Assembly (NCBI GenBank): GCA_977017575.1
Contig: CDRNVI010000177.1
Location: 124,001-188,000 of the forward strand
DNA from: Paramoeba atlantica
Taxonomy: Eukaryota > Protista > Discosea
Length of the DNA: 64,000 bases
Reading direction: 5' to 3'
Part shown: positions 40,247 to 51,152 of the stretch, piece after piece
Layout of the letters: each line of letters starts with the position of its first letter
How positions within the stretch are numbered: the stretch's first letter is position 1
Notes under the pieces: generated by a model
What the model was told of the DNA's origin: nothing
The model's input: the letters and a program-made list of their open reading frames with translations, nothing else
Database searches by the model: none
Program-made: the position numbers and the translations under genes

Positions 40247-40883
40247 ACTTTCTCTTCTTTTTTTTCTTCTTTTAATATCAATCCAAATTAATAAAAAGAA
40301 AAGAGAAAGAGAAAGAGAAAGATGAGAGAAAAGAAAGAAAAGAGAAAAAAGAAAAGAGAAAAGAGAAAAGAGAAAAAACCTCAATGGAAAGAGAGAAAAA
40401 GTGGTGGAATTTCAAAAAAAGAAAGAAAAAAACAAAGAAAAAAAACAAAGAAAGAGAAGGAAAAAAAATTAACAACCTACAAAAAGAAAGATAAGAAAAG
40501 ACAGAAGAAAAGAGAAAGAGGAAAAAGAAAGACTGAGGAAAACCAAAAAAAAAACAAACGAACAAAAAAACACAAAAACAAAAAAGAAAAACGGACCTCT
40601 ATTTTTGGGTCCGAATATGATGGACCTCTATTTCAGGTCCTATCAGCCCTTTTTTTCTTTTTTTTTTTCTGTGTGTGTTTTTGGTTGTTCTTTCAGTGAT
40701 TTTTTTTTGTTTTTTTTTGTTCAATTTTGATTGGTGTTCCTTCTCGCCACACCCCCCCCCTCTCATTCCCTCGTGAACGACAACAAATACAATCAACCAC
40801 ACCCTCAGGTTTTGTTTTTAATTCAAAACATTTCTTTTTCTGGATAACTTGAAACAGAAAAACAACAATCAATCAATCAAAAT

Positions 40884-41888
40884 ATGGTGATGAGAGTTCA
40901 GTTGATGTCGATTGTCGAAAGAGAAGAAGAGTGGTGGGAAGTCCAAAACACTGAGAATGGAAGAGTGTGTTCTGTTCAAGCTCAAGACTTTCGAAGTCTC
41001 TGAAGGAAGATCCAGGATGTGTACGGAACTTCAACTGCAGTTCGAGTGTTCTATCTTGACGATGAGTGTGATGTCGTCTTTGTGAAACGTGACCAAGACT
41101 TGGAAGATGCTTTGTTTGTTCTCCCAAAAAAGAACAAGACAGCAAAAGCAGTGGAGAGTCAAGTCGAAGAAGAAACTGAAAAGGAGATCCAAGAGGTCGA
41201 AAATCGAGTGGGTGATGATGAAGAGAAGAAGGTTGAGAAAGTGGGGGATGAAGTTTCTGAGAATCCTCAGAAAAGACTCAAGGAACAACAGAAGAGAGAG
41301 AAGGAGATTGAAATGCTCAGTAAACGTGACAAGAAACTGGCAGATCAGATTGATGTTCTTGAAGAAAAGATTGTAGCTCTCCGACGAAGAAAGAAACAGT
41401 TGACCGAAAACAAAACCCAAGTTCGAGAGAATCTTGTTGATTTGAAAAGTCAAAAGGACGACATTGTCGGAAACAAACAAGAGGAAGAGGAGATTGAAGA
41501 AATCCAATCCTCTGAGGAAGAAGAGGAAGAAGAGGAAGAAGAGGAAGAAGAGAAAGAAGAGAAAGAAGAGGAAGATTGTGGTAAACCAAGATCATTTGGG
41601 CAATCAAGAAAGCTTCAAAACCAACGATGAAACATCGAAAGAAGACTTTGTAATCTTGAAGTGAAAGAAAAGAAGTCAAAAAAGATGATGGAAACAGAAA
41701 TTATTCTCAAGAAACGTTTGGAAGAAATCACAGAGAGGTTGGCGACTGGACCAGAAGAAGAAGAAGAGAAAGACAAAATGTTTAGAAATAAGAGAAAAGG
41801 AACTCAACGTTCTTCTTCCCACCACATGGTTCGAAAAAGAAGTTTTTCAATTCTCCTCCTCCAAAGGAGAGAAGACGAAAATAAATAA
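40884..41888 (+). pseudogene. PB1-like domain plus acidic coiled-coil protein; one 335-codon frame with two internal TGA
   Basis: ATG 40884 to TAA 41886 in a single frame, with TGA at 41001 and 41628. FRSL*RKIQDVYG...FYLDDECDVVFVKRDQDLEDA resembles the PB1 OPCA motif (Y.DE.GD.I.I..D.DL). Confidence 0.6.
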
Positions 41889-42010
41889 CAAAATCTCTTC
41901 AATGGAACCAAACTTCTTTTTTTTTGTGCTCTTTTTTTATCAAGAAAAATGTTTCTCCTTTCTTTTTCGTCAAAAAGAATGTGTCAGATAGATGGTTGGG
42001 GGAGATCTTG

Positions 42011-42056
42011 ATACTCTCTGGGTGCTAATTTGTGAAAATCCGAACCCAGAGAATAC
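42011..42056. repeat. Dispersed hairpin element, copy 3
   Basis: ATACTCTCTGGGTGCTAATTTGTGAAAATCCGAACCCAGAGAATAC. Confidence 0.75.
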
Positions 42057-42633
42057 AGCATCTTTCCCAAATAAAAAAACACCTCTTTTATCTCTTCTTT
42101 TTTTTTTTGAAGATTCACTTATCTGTAAGACTGTCTTATTTTTTCAAAAAAGAAAAAGGAAAAGAAAGGGAAGGGGGGGAAAGAGAGAGAAGAGAAAAAT
42201 GAGAAACTGTGAAGAAGAAATCAAAAACAAAAGGAGAAAAATCAACAAAAAGAAAAGAAGAGAAGAGAAAAAGAAAAAAGGGGAAAGGGAAAAAAGAAAA
42301 GAGAGAAAACCCTATCAAAAAAGGGAAGAAAGGGGAACAAGAAAAAGGGGAACAAGAAAAAGAGGAACAAGAAAAAGAGAAAAAGTGAGAAAGTGAAAAA
42401 GTGAAAAAAAAGAGAAGAGATAAAAGTGAAAAAGAGAAGAAAAAACAGAAAAGTCAATGAAATAAAAGAAATAAAGAGAGAACCCATTCCGGTCCCATTC
42501 ATAAAGGGCAAAAAAGTTCGAGAAAGAGGAAAGAAAAGAGAAAAAAAGAGAGAAAAAAGAAAAAAGAGAGAAAAAAGAAAAAAAGAGAGAAAAAAGAAAA
42601 AAGAGAGAGAAAAGAAAAAAGAAAAAGAGAGAG

Positions 42634-42664
<31 letters not shown>

Positions 42665-42950
42665 AAAGAGAAGAGAGAGAAGAGAAAGAGAAAAGGCAAA
42701 ACAAAACCAGAAAAATTATGAACCCTAAAATCTTTTTTTGTGTGCTAAAATAAACCAGCGTTGAAAAAATATTTTACAAGGAAATTTTTATGAGAATTTT
42801 TTTTTTCAATGCCCTGAAAAACCTTTGCAATTGCGCTCCTTTCCCTTTTCCCTTGGCAACCCGGTGAGAGAGAGAGGAAAGAGCGAAAGGAGAGAGAAGA
42901 AAAGAGGAAAGAGAAAAAAAAAGAAAGAAAAAAGAAAGAGAAAAAGAACT

Positions 42951-43242
42951 AAAAAAGGGAAAGAGGAAGAAGGAGAGAAGGAGGGAAGGGAGGAGGGAAG
43001 GGAGGAGGGAAGGGGAAGGAAAGGAAGAGGGAAAGGAAGAGGGAAGGGAGGAGGGAAGGAGGGAAGGGAGGAGAGAAGGGAGGAGAGAAGGGGGAGGGAA
43101 GGAGGAGGGAAGGAGGAGGGAAGGAGGAGGGAAGGAGGAGGGAAGGAGGAGGGAAGGAGGAGGGAAGGAGGAGGGAAGAAGGAGGGAAGGAGGGAAGGGA
43201 GGAGAGAAGGGGGAGGGAAGGAGGAGGGAAGAAGAAAGAAGG
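42951..43242 (+). repeat. Pure polypurine tract with (GGAGGAGGGAA)n
   Basis: No pyrimidine seen over ~292 nt; the 11-mer is tandem from ~43090. Confidence 0.9.
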
Positions 43243-45001
43243 TAGGGATGGTAGGAAAGGTTGGGAAAGTAGGGAAGGAGGGGGAGGTTGGGAAGGTTGG
43301 GAAGAGGTGGGTGAAGTTAAATCATGTTCTTGAGGTTTATTCTTTTTTCTTTCTCTTTTTTTTTCTCTTTTTCTTTTTCTCTTTTTCTTTTTCTTTTCTT
43401 TCTTTTTTTTTTCTTTTTTTTTCTTTTTGTTTTTGTTTTTTTTTGTTTTTTTTTGTTTTTTTTTTGTTTTTTTTCCGATTTTTCTTTTGTTTTTTCTTCT
43501 TTATCTTTTCCTCTTTTTAATCTTTCCCCTCTCTTCTCTTTTTCTCCCTTTTTCGTTCTCTCTTTCTTTTCTCTTTCTTTTCTCTTTCTTTTTTTCCTTA
43601 ACACAGGAAAGTTGTTTAATTGAAGAGAGTGTAATTCATGTATTAAAAAAATGGTCCTTTTTTCTTCATTGGTTTTTTTTTCTTTTGTTTTTTTTCTTTT
43701 TTTCTTTTTTTTCTTTGTTTTTTTTTCTTTTGTTTTTTCTTCTTTTGTTTTTTCTTTTTTTCTTTTTTTTTGTGTGTTTTTCTTTTTTTTTTTCTTTTTT
43801 TTTCTTTTCTTTTATCTTTTGTTTTTTGTCTTCTTTATCTTTTATCTTTCCTCTTTTTAATCTTCTCCCCCCCTCTTCTCTTTTCTCCTCTTTCCCCTCT
43901 TTCTCCTTCTCTTTTCTTTTAAAACAGTGAAGTCGTTGAATTAGAAAAGAGTGAAATCACGTATCAAAAAAGATCCTTTTTCTTCACAGTTTTTTTCTTT
44001 TCTTTTTTTTCTTTTTTTTTCTTTTCTTTTATCTTTTTCTTTTCTTTTTCTTTTTTTCTTTTTTTTTCTTTTTTTTTTCTTTTTCTTTTCTTTTTCTTTT
44101 TTTCTTTTTTTTTTCTTTTTTTTCTCTTTTTTCTCTTTTTTCTTTCTTTTCTGTCTTTTGTTTTTCTTTTTTTCTTTTCTTTTTTCCTTTTCCTTTTTTT
44201 TCTTTTTTTTTCCTTTTTTTTCCTTTTTTTTCCTTTTTTTTTCCTTTTTTTGTTTTTGTTTGTTTTTGTTTATTGTTCTTTTCTTTTCTTTTCTTTTCTT
44301 TGTTTTTTTTTTGTTCTTTGTTTTTTTGTTTTTTTAATTTTGTTTTCTTTTCTTTTTTTTGTTTTTTGTTTTTTTTTGTTTTTTTTTTTGTTTTTTTTTG
44401 TTTTTTTTTGTTTTTTTTTGTTTTTTTTTTGTTTTTTTTCCTTTTCCTCCTCTTTCTCCTTTCTTTTCTTGACAAAGCGAAAATAAAAAGAAAATTGTTG
44501 GCTCTCTCTTTTTTCTCTTTCTCTTTTCCCTCTTCCTTTCCTTTTTTTTTCCTTTTCCTTTTTTCTTTTTCTTTTTTCTTTCTTTTTTTCTTTTTTTCTT
44601 CTCTTTGTTTCTTTTATCTTTTCTTTTTTTCTCTTTTTTTTTCTTTTTTCTTTCTTTTTTCTTTTTTTGTTTTCCTTTTCTTTTTTTCTTTTCTTTTTTT
44701 CTTTTCTTTTCTTTTTCTTTTCCCTTTCTTTTTTTTCTTTTTTTTTTTTTTTTTCCTTTTTTTTTCTTTTTTTTCTTTTGTTTTTATTTTTCTCTTTTTT
44801 TTTTTCCTTTTCCCTTTTCTTTTTTTTTTCTTTCTTTTTTTTTTTCCTTTCTGTTTTCTTTCTTTTTTTCATTTTTTTTTGTTCAAAAGATTCGAAAAAT
44901 CGCAAACGAAAAAGAGAGAAGTTGCCACACAATCAAAGTTGGATAAGGAGGGCAAAGAGAAGAGAAACCAAACAACACAAAAGAGGATTATTTTGTGATA
45001 G

Positions 45002-45054
45002 TTTTCATACTCTCTGGGTCTGATTTTTCGAATTAGTACCCCAGAGAGAATGAA
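45002..45054. repeat. Dispersed hairpin element, copy 4
   Basis: TTTTCATACTCTCTGGGTCTGATTTTTCGAATTAGTACCCCAGAGAGAATGAAG. Confidence 0.75.
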
Positions 45055-45636
45055 GAATCCACCAAAAAAAAAGAAGATCCACCAGTCAGTCGGGGGGATT
45101 GGGGTGTTGTGTGTTGTTGTTTTGGTGTTAAAAGAAATATCCACGTTTTTTTTTGAAACAAAATATCTTTGGTGGTGTGTCTTTTCTTGGATTCTAAAAA
45201 TTGTTCATCATTGGTTTTTTTTTTCTTTTTTTCTTTCTTTTTTTCTTTTTCTTCTTTTTCTGGCACTGTTTTTCAGGGTTTTTTGGGTCCAACATAGTAG
45301 TCTGTGGTTTTATATTAATATTGTCGTCTCAATAAAACACCACCTCCCTCCCAATATCTTTTTCTTAATTATGTGTGTGGGTCCTTCTTAAAATCCCAAT
45401 GTCCAACAGAATAACTGATTGTGTTGGGAAGAAGAAAAAAAAAGTATCTTTCACCCCCCCCAACCACACACTGGATAAAGAAAAGTAGTGTATTATGTGG
45501 GTGTCATTCTTCTGCTGCCATTCCAGAAAAAGAAAAAAAAATTATGAAAAGAAAAATGACTCTTTGGTGAATGTCTCAAAAAGAAAGAAGATTTTTGTTA
45601 AAGTTTCAATTTATATTTTTTTTATACAAGCTTTTT

Positions 45637-46434
<798 letters not shown>

Positions 46435-47519
46435 TCAGTGAAACGTTCAGCGAAAATGGTGTGAGTTTACAAATAAAGGAAAAAAAATAGAATCTATCCC
46501 CCCCCTTTTAATTTAGATCTCCAAAAAAAATCTCGTTCTTTTTTTTTTGCGTTTTGTTGTTTTTTGTGGTGAGAGAGAAGAGAAGAGAAGAGAGCGCTCT
46601 CTTCTTTCTGTTTGTTTTTGTTTGTTTGTTTTTGTTTTGTTTGTTTTTGTTTTGTTTTGTGTTATTTGTTTTGTTTGTTTTGCCAATCTCACCAACCACC
46701 ATCGCGCAGTTTTGTGGTGGTGTGTGTTTTGTGTTTTTTGTGTTGTGTGGGGGTTTGTTCTTCTCCTCACACCCCCTCCGCCCCCTTCTCTCTCTCTCAC
46801 CTCATCTTTTAACACACAGAGGAGAGAGGAGAAGGGAAAATGAACCTCTCTCTCTCTCTTTGATGAAGGGAGATGAAAAGCAAAGAATGCGAAAAGAGGT
46901 GGTTTGTGTCTCTCTCTCTTCCTCTCCTTTTTTTTCAAACACACTTCTCTTCTCTCACGCTCCTGACCGTTTTTTCCCCTTTCTCTCTCTCTCTCTCTCC
47001 CTCTTTCTTTCCCCTCTTTCTTTCCCCTCTTTCTTTTCTCTCTTCCCTTTCCTTCACACAGTTTTCAGGGGAACAAAACATAAAAGTGGGGGAAAAAGGG
47101 TGGTGTTTTGTTTCACCCACATAAAAGAGCAAATATTCGGGAACACAACAATCGAAAGTAGAGGGGCAGTGGGTGAAAAGGGGGAGAGAAGATCACCAGA
47201 GAGACACCCAATAGAGAGAGTGATGTTTGTGGTGGATGATCTCTCTTCTTCTCTTTTTAGCCCTCTTGAGATGACGATCTTGTGTGTGTGTTCTGAGGAG
47301 AGGCCTTTTTTCGAGCGTGTTTCGAGCGTGTTTTGGTGATGATGGTGTAATGTTTGGTGGATACTTCTCTTTTGAAAATGTTGGTTATTCACAAAGAACT
47401 TTACCACTGATTATATGTTTCTGCTCTCTCTCTCTCTCCTTTCCCAAAAAAATCCATGTTTGGTGTTGTTGGTGTGTGTGATTAGACCCTCTCTCCTCCC
47501 TCCTCTCTCTCTCTCCCCA

Positions 47520-48273
47520 CTCTCACTGCTGCGCCCTATTCCTCTGTTTCTTATCATTTTTTTGAGGAGTAAAAGCTCTTTCTTCTTAGCTTTCTTCTTT
47601 TGGAGGGTTCCTTGACCTTCTTTGTCTCTTGAAATATTTGTTTCTTGGATTGGTGACAGTGATATTGGATTGGATCTCTCTCCTCTTCTTTAAGTGGTAT
47701 GTCCTATCATAATGAAATCAAATGTCTTCTTTCTCGAAAAAAATGTGACTTTCTTGACAAAAGGTATACCACGTATCGGACCCTGTATGTATCGTTATAT
47801 TACACACACAACACACAACACACAATAAGATTTTTTGCAACACACTGAGAAGGTTACTTTTTTGCATGGATTATTTTTTCTGTTTGTGTTTGGTGTGTTT
47901 TGTTGTTTACTTTTTTTGTATTTGTCTCTTTGTGTTTTAAAAATGGGGTGTGTGTGTGTTAATGTTGTTTTTGTGTTTTTGTTTTGTTTTGTTTTGTTTT
48001 TTGAGAAGAGGAAGGGAAGGAAGGAAGGAAGGAAGGAAGGGTGTGTGAAAAATTTATTAATTTGTACAAAAAACAGTTTGTTGTCTCTCAAAGCCAAATT
48101 CTCAAATTGAAAAAAAGACAGGAATCCCCAGATTCCGCTCCAAAAGTTCATCAAGAAGAAAACAGACAAAAAGAATGAAAAGAATTTAGATCACGGAGAT
48201 TGGTGTATTCATTGAAAGAAGTGTCCCGTCCGTTGAGGGGAATACGAAATCGTTGTAAATGATTGATGTCCAT
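47520..48273 (-). other. Possible spliced or frameshifted gene of unknown function
   Basis: ATG at 48273 (MDINHLQRFRIPLNGRDTSFNEYTNLRDLN...). Coding-like, CpG-containing islands are separated by an intron-like low-complexity tract at ~47800-48070. The frame breaks at homopolymers. No recognisable domain. Confidence 0.3.
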
Positions 48274-48829
48274 TTTAAAAGAAGGTTTTGTGTTCTTGTT
48301 AATTTGTTCTTGTTGAACTTGTTTTTTTATTATTTGTTTTATTTTTTGCTTTTGGTATTTTTGGTATTTTTGGTATTTTTGGTATTTGTTTTTGCTCTTT
48401 TCTTTTTTGTGGCGATTGGTTTGGTTGGTTGGTTTTGATTCGTGAGGATAATATAATAATATGTGTGTGCCCACCAGCAGGGTTAGGGGGTTGTTAGGGA
48501 GGTGCAATAATTTATTTTTTAGATGTTTATTTTTTTCTCTCATCTGTTATTATTGGAAGAGTGTTTTTGTTATTGTGTTAATTATTAGTATTTGATTAAT
48601 TAAAATTCTCTGATACTAAAATCTGATTCTTCCTCCTCCCCCTTCTCTTAACTAGTGCGAGGACATCTTTTTTGTTTCCTTCATTACAAAGACCTCCTTC
48701 CAATCACAACCCTTTTTGAAAATATGAGTGGCACAGGTTTCCCTTTATTTTGTATTTTGTTGTTTCAGTGTTTTGTGTTTGGTTTGTTAGTTATTTGATT
48801 GTGTGGATTTGTTTATCTTTTTTAGTATG

Positions 48830-49800
48830 ATGTGATTATTCTGTTGTGTTGGTTTATTGTTGGTGTTGTTGTTGGTGTTGTTGTTGGTTTGTTGTTGGTT
48901 TGTTGGTTTGTTGGTTTGTTGGTTTGTTTGTCGTTTTGTTTGTTGTTGTTGTGTCATTTTAGTGTTACTTTTGTTTTGTTTGTTGTGATTGTGATTGTTG
49001 TGATTGTGATTGTTGTGATTGTAGTTAAGTTATAGTTATTGTTGCTGTTGTTTGTGATTGTGATTGTTTTTCTTGTTGTTTGTTGTTTATTGTTGTTTGT
49101 TGTTATTGTTATTGTTGTTATTATGATTGTTGGTTTGTGATTGTGATTGCAATTGTTATGTTGTTGTTACTATTTTTTATAATCATTATTGTTATTATTG
49201 TATTGTTATGATTGTTGTTGGTATTTGATTGTTATTGCTTTTATTATCATTGTTAATTGTTAAATTGTTAATAATAGAATGGGGCATTTTTGTTTCTTTG
49301 TTATAAGACTCCCTCCACAGGCCTTTTTTTATATTACTCCGTTCCCAACAATCCCGACTATTGTGCCACCGCCAGGTTTTTCTTGTTGTTTGTTGTTTAT
49401 TGTTGTTCTTGTTGTTCTTGTTCTTGTTGTTATTATTGTTGTTATTATTGTTGTTCTTGGTTGTTGTTCTTGTTGTTATTCTTGTTGTGTTCTTGTTGTT
49501 GTTCTTGTTGTTGTTCTTGTTGTTGTTCTTGTTGTTGTTCTTGTTGTTGTTTTTGTTGTTGTTTTTGTTGTTGTTATTTGTTGTTGTTATTTGTTGTTAT
49601 TTGTTATTCGTATTGTTATTCTTGTTGTTCTTGTTGTTGTTCTTGTTGTTGTTCTTGTTGTTCTTGTTGTTATTATTGTTGCTATTATTGTTTTTATTGT
49701 TATTTGTTATTCGTATTGTTATTCTTGTTGTTGTTATTTGTTGTTATTTGTTGTTATTTGTTATTAGATATTTGTTATTGTAATTATTATTGTTGTTGTT
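48830..49800. repeat. (TTG/TTC/TTA)n compound microsatellite region
   Basis: Dense GTTGTTCTT/GTTGTTATT runs; the listed ORFs are V/L/C low-complexity artefacts. Confidence 0.9.
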
Positions 49801-51079
49801 GATTTTTTTTTGTGTGTGTTGTGGTTATGTTGTGTTAGTAATTTTAACCAATTTTTCACAGAAAAACACAAAAAAAGAGAGAGTGTGTGGAATCATCAAG
49901 ACAAAGATGTGGGTTGGGGATTTTTGGAGGGAGCCAGCCACATATAATGGCTGGTTGGTTCTTTTTGTTCTTTTGTAATATTTATATTTCCGTTTTGTTG
50001 TAATAATATTTTTTTAGTTGGTTAATTTGTCTTCTGTTTTTTGTTTGGAGGGGGTGTGTGTATTTAATCAGTGTTGGTTTGTTTGGTTTGTTTGGTTTTG
50101 TTGGAGTTAAATATTATTATTGTTAATTGTTTTTGGTCACTTTGTTGGTAGTTGGTGTTTTTGTGTATTGGTTGTGCATTGGTTGTGTGTAAGTTGGTTA
50201 TGTGTTGTCTTGTGTACACACATTTTTCAAGGAATCAAAAATGACAATAAGGTTTTCTTTTTTTTTTCGTCTTTCTTTCGTTTCATCCTTTTTGTTCTTT
50301 TTTTTTGTTCTTTTTGTTCTTTTCTTTTCTTTTTTTTTTGTTTCTCCCTTTTTCTTCTTTTTCTTTTTTTTTTACTCTGTTCTATATTTTTTGATGTTGG
50401 TGTTGGTCTTGTGTGGGGTGTGGTTTTTTGTGGGGTTGGTGTTTTTCTAGAAGAGGGCTTTAATTGATGTGCAGGTTTTTCTTTTGATTTTTCTTTTGAT
50501 TTTTTGGTTTCTCTTGTTTTTAGACACACTATGGTTTTTCTCTTTCTGTTTTTTGTTAATATAAATGAGGTTTGCTTTGTGGGGATGGTTTGGGTTTTTC
50601 CTTTGATAAAATGGTGAATGTAGGTGTTTTTGTGGGAATTGTGTACCTTTTTTCTGTGGTGGCGCACCTTGTTTTTTTTTTGGAGGGGGGGGTTCTTTAA
50701 TTGGGAGGGGGTTTGTTCAAGTTTTTAGAAAAGAAGAACACACCGTTTTGTTGAGATTTAAAAGACTAAAAAGGTTATAATATTTGTTCACATAAACAAA
50801 TGTTGCAGCCTCTTTGGGAATTTTCCAGAATGGACATGAAGATTGGGTTTTGACTCGCACACCACCTCCATAAATACTTTGTGATGGGTAAATTAACCAC
50901 AGTAGCACCAATTTTGTTGGGGGGGGGGTGGGGGACATATTGCCAAAATACATAATTTCCACAATTGTTTTTCAATTTGGTTGGCGACTTGAAGGAAGGG
51001 GGGGGGAGGTTTTCGTGGTGGTGTCATATCTCCCCCAATCCTTTTTAAACCCATTTTTTTTTTCGATTTTTATCAAATT

Positions 51080-51152
51080 GCCTCCGTAGCTCAGTCGGTA
51101 GAGCGCTAGACTCTTAATCTAGTGGCCGCGGGTTCGAGCCCCGCCGGGGGCT
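51080..51152 (+). tRNA. trnK-CUU: tRNA-Lys (anticodon CTT)
   Basis: 73 nt; acceptor GCCTCCG/CGGGGGC, D arm GCTC/GAGC, anticodon arm CTAGA-CT(CTT)AA-TCTAG (anticodon 51113-51115), T arm GCGGG-TTCGAGC-CCCGC; T-run from 51154. Confidence 0.97.

Noticed and set aside
51152-51152. U73 discriminator in tRNA-Lys as a sign of a pseudogene or altered identity
   Set aside because: All stems, the A/B boxes and the terminator are intact; one atypical base is not enough to claim anything.
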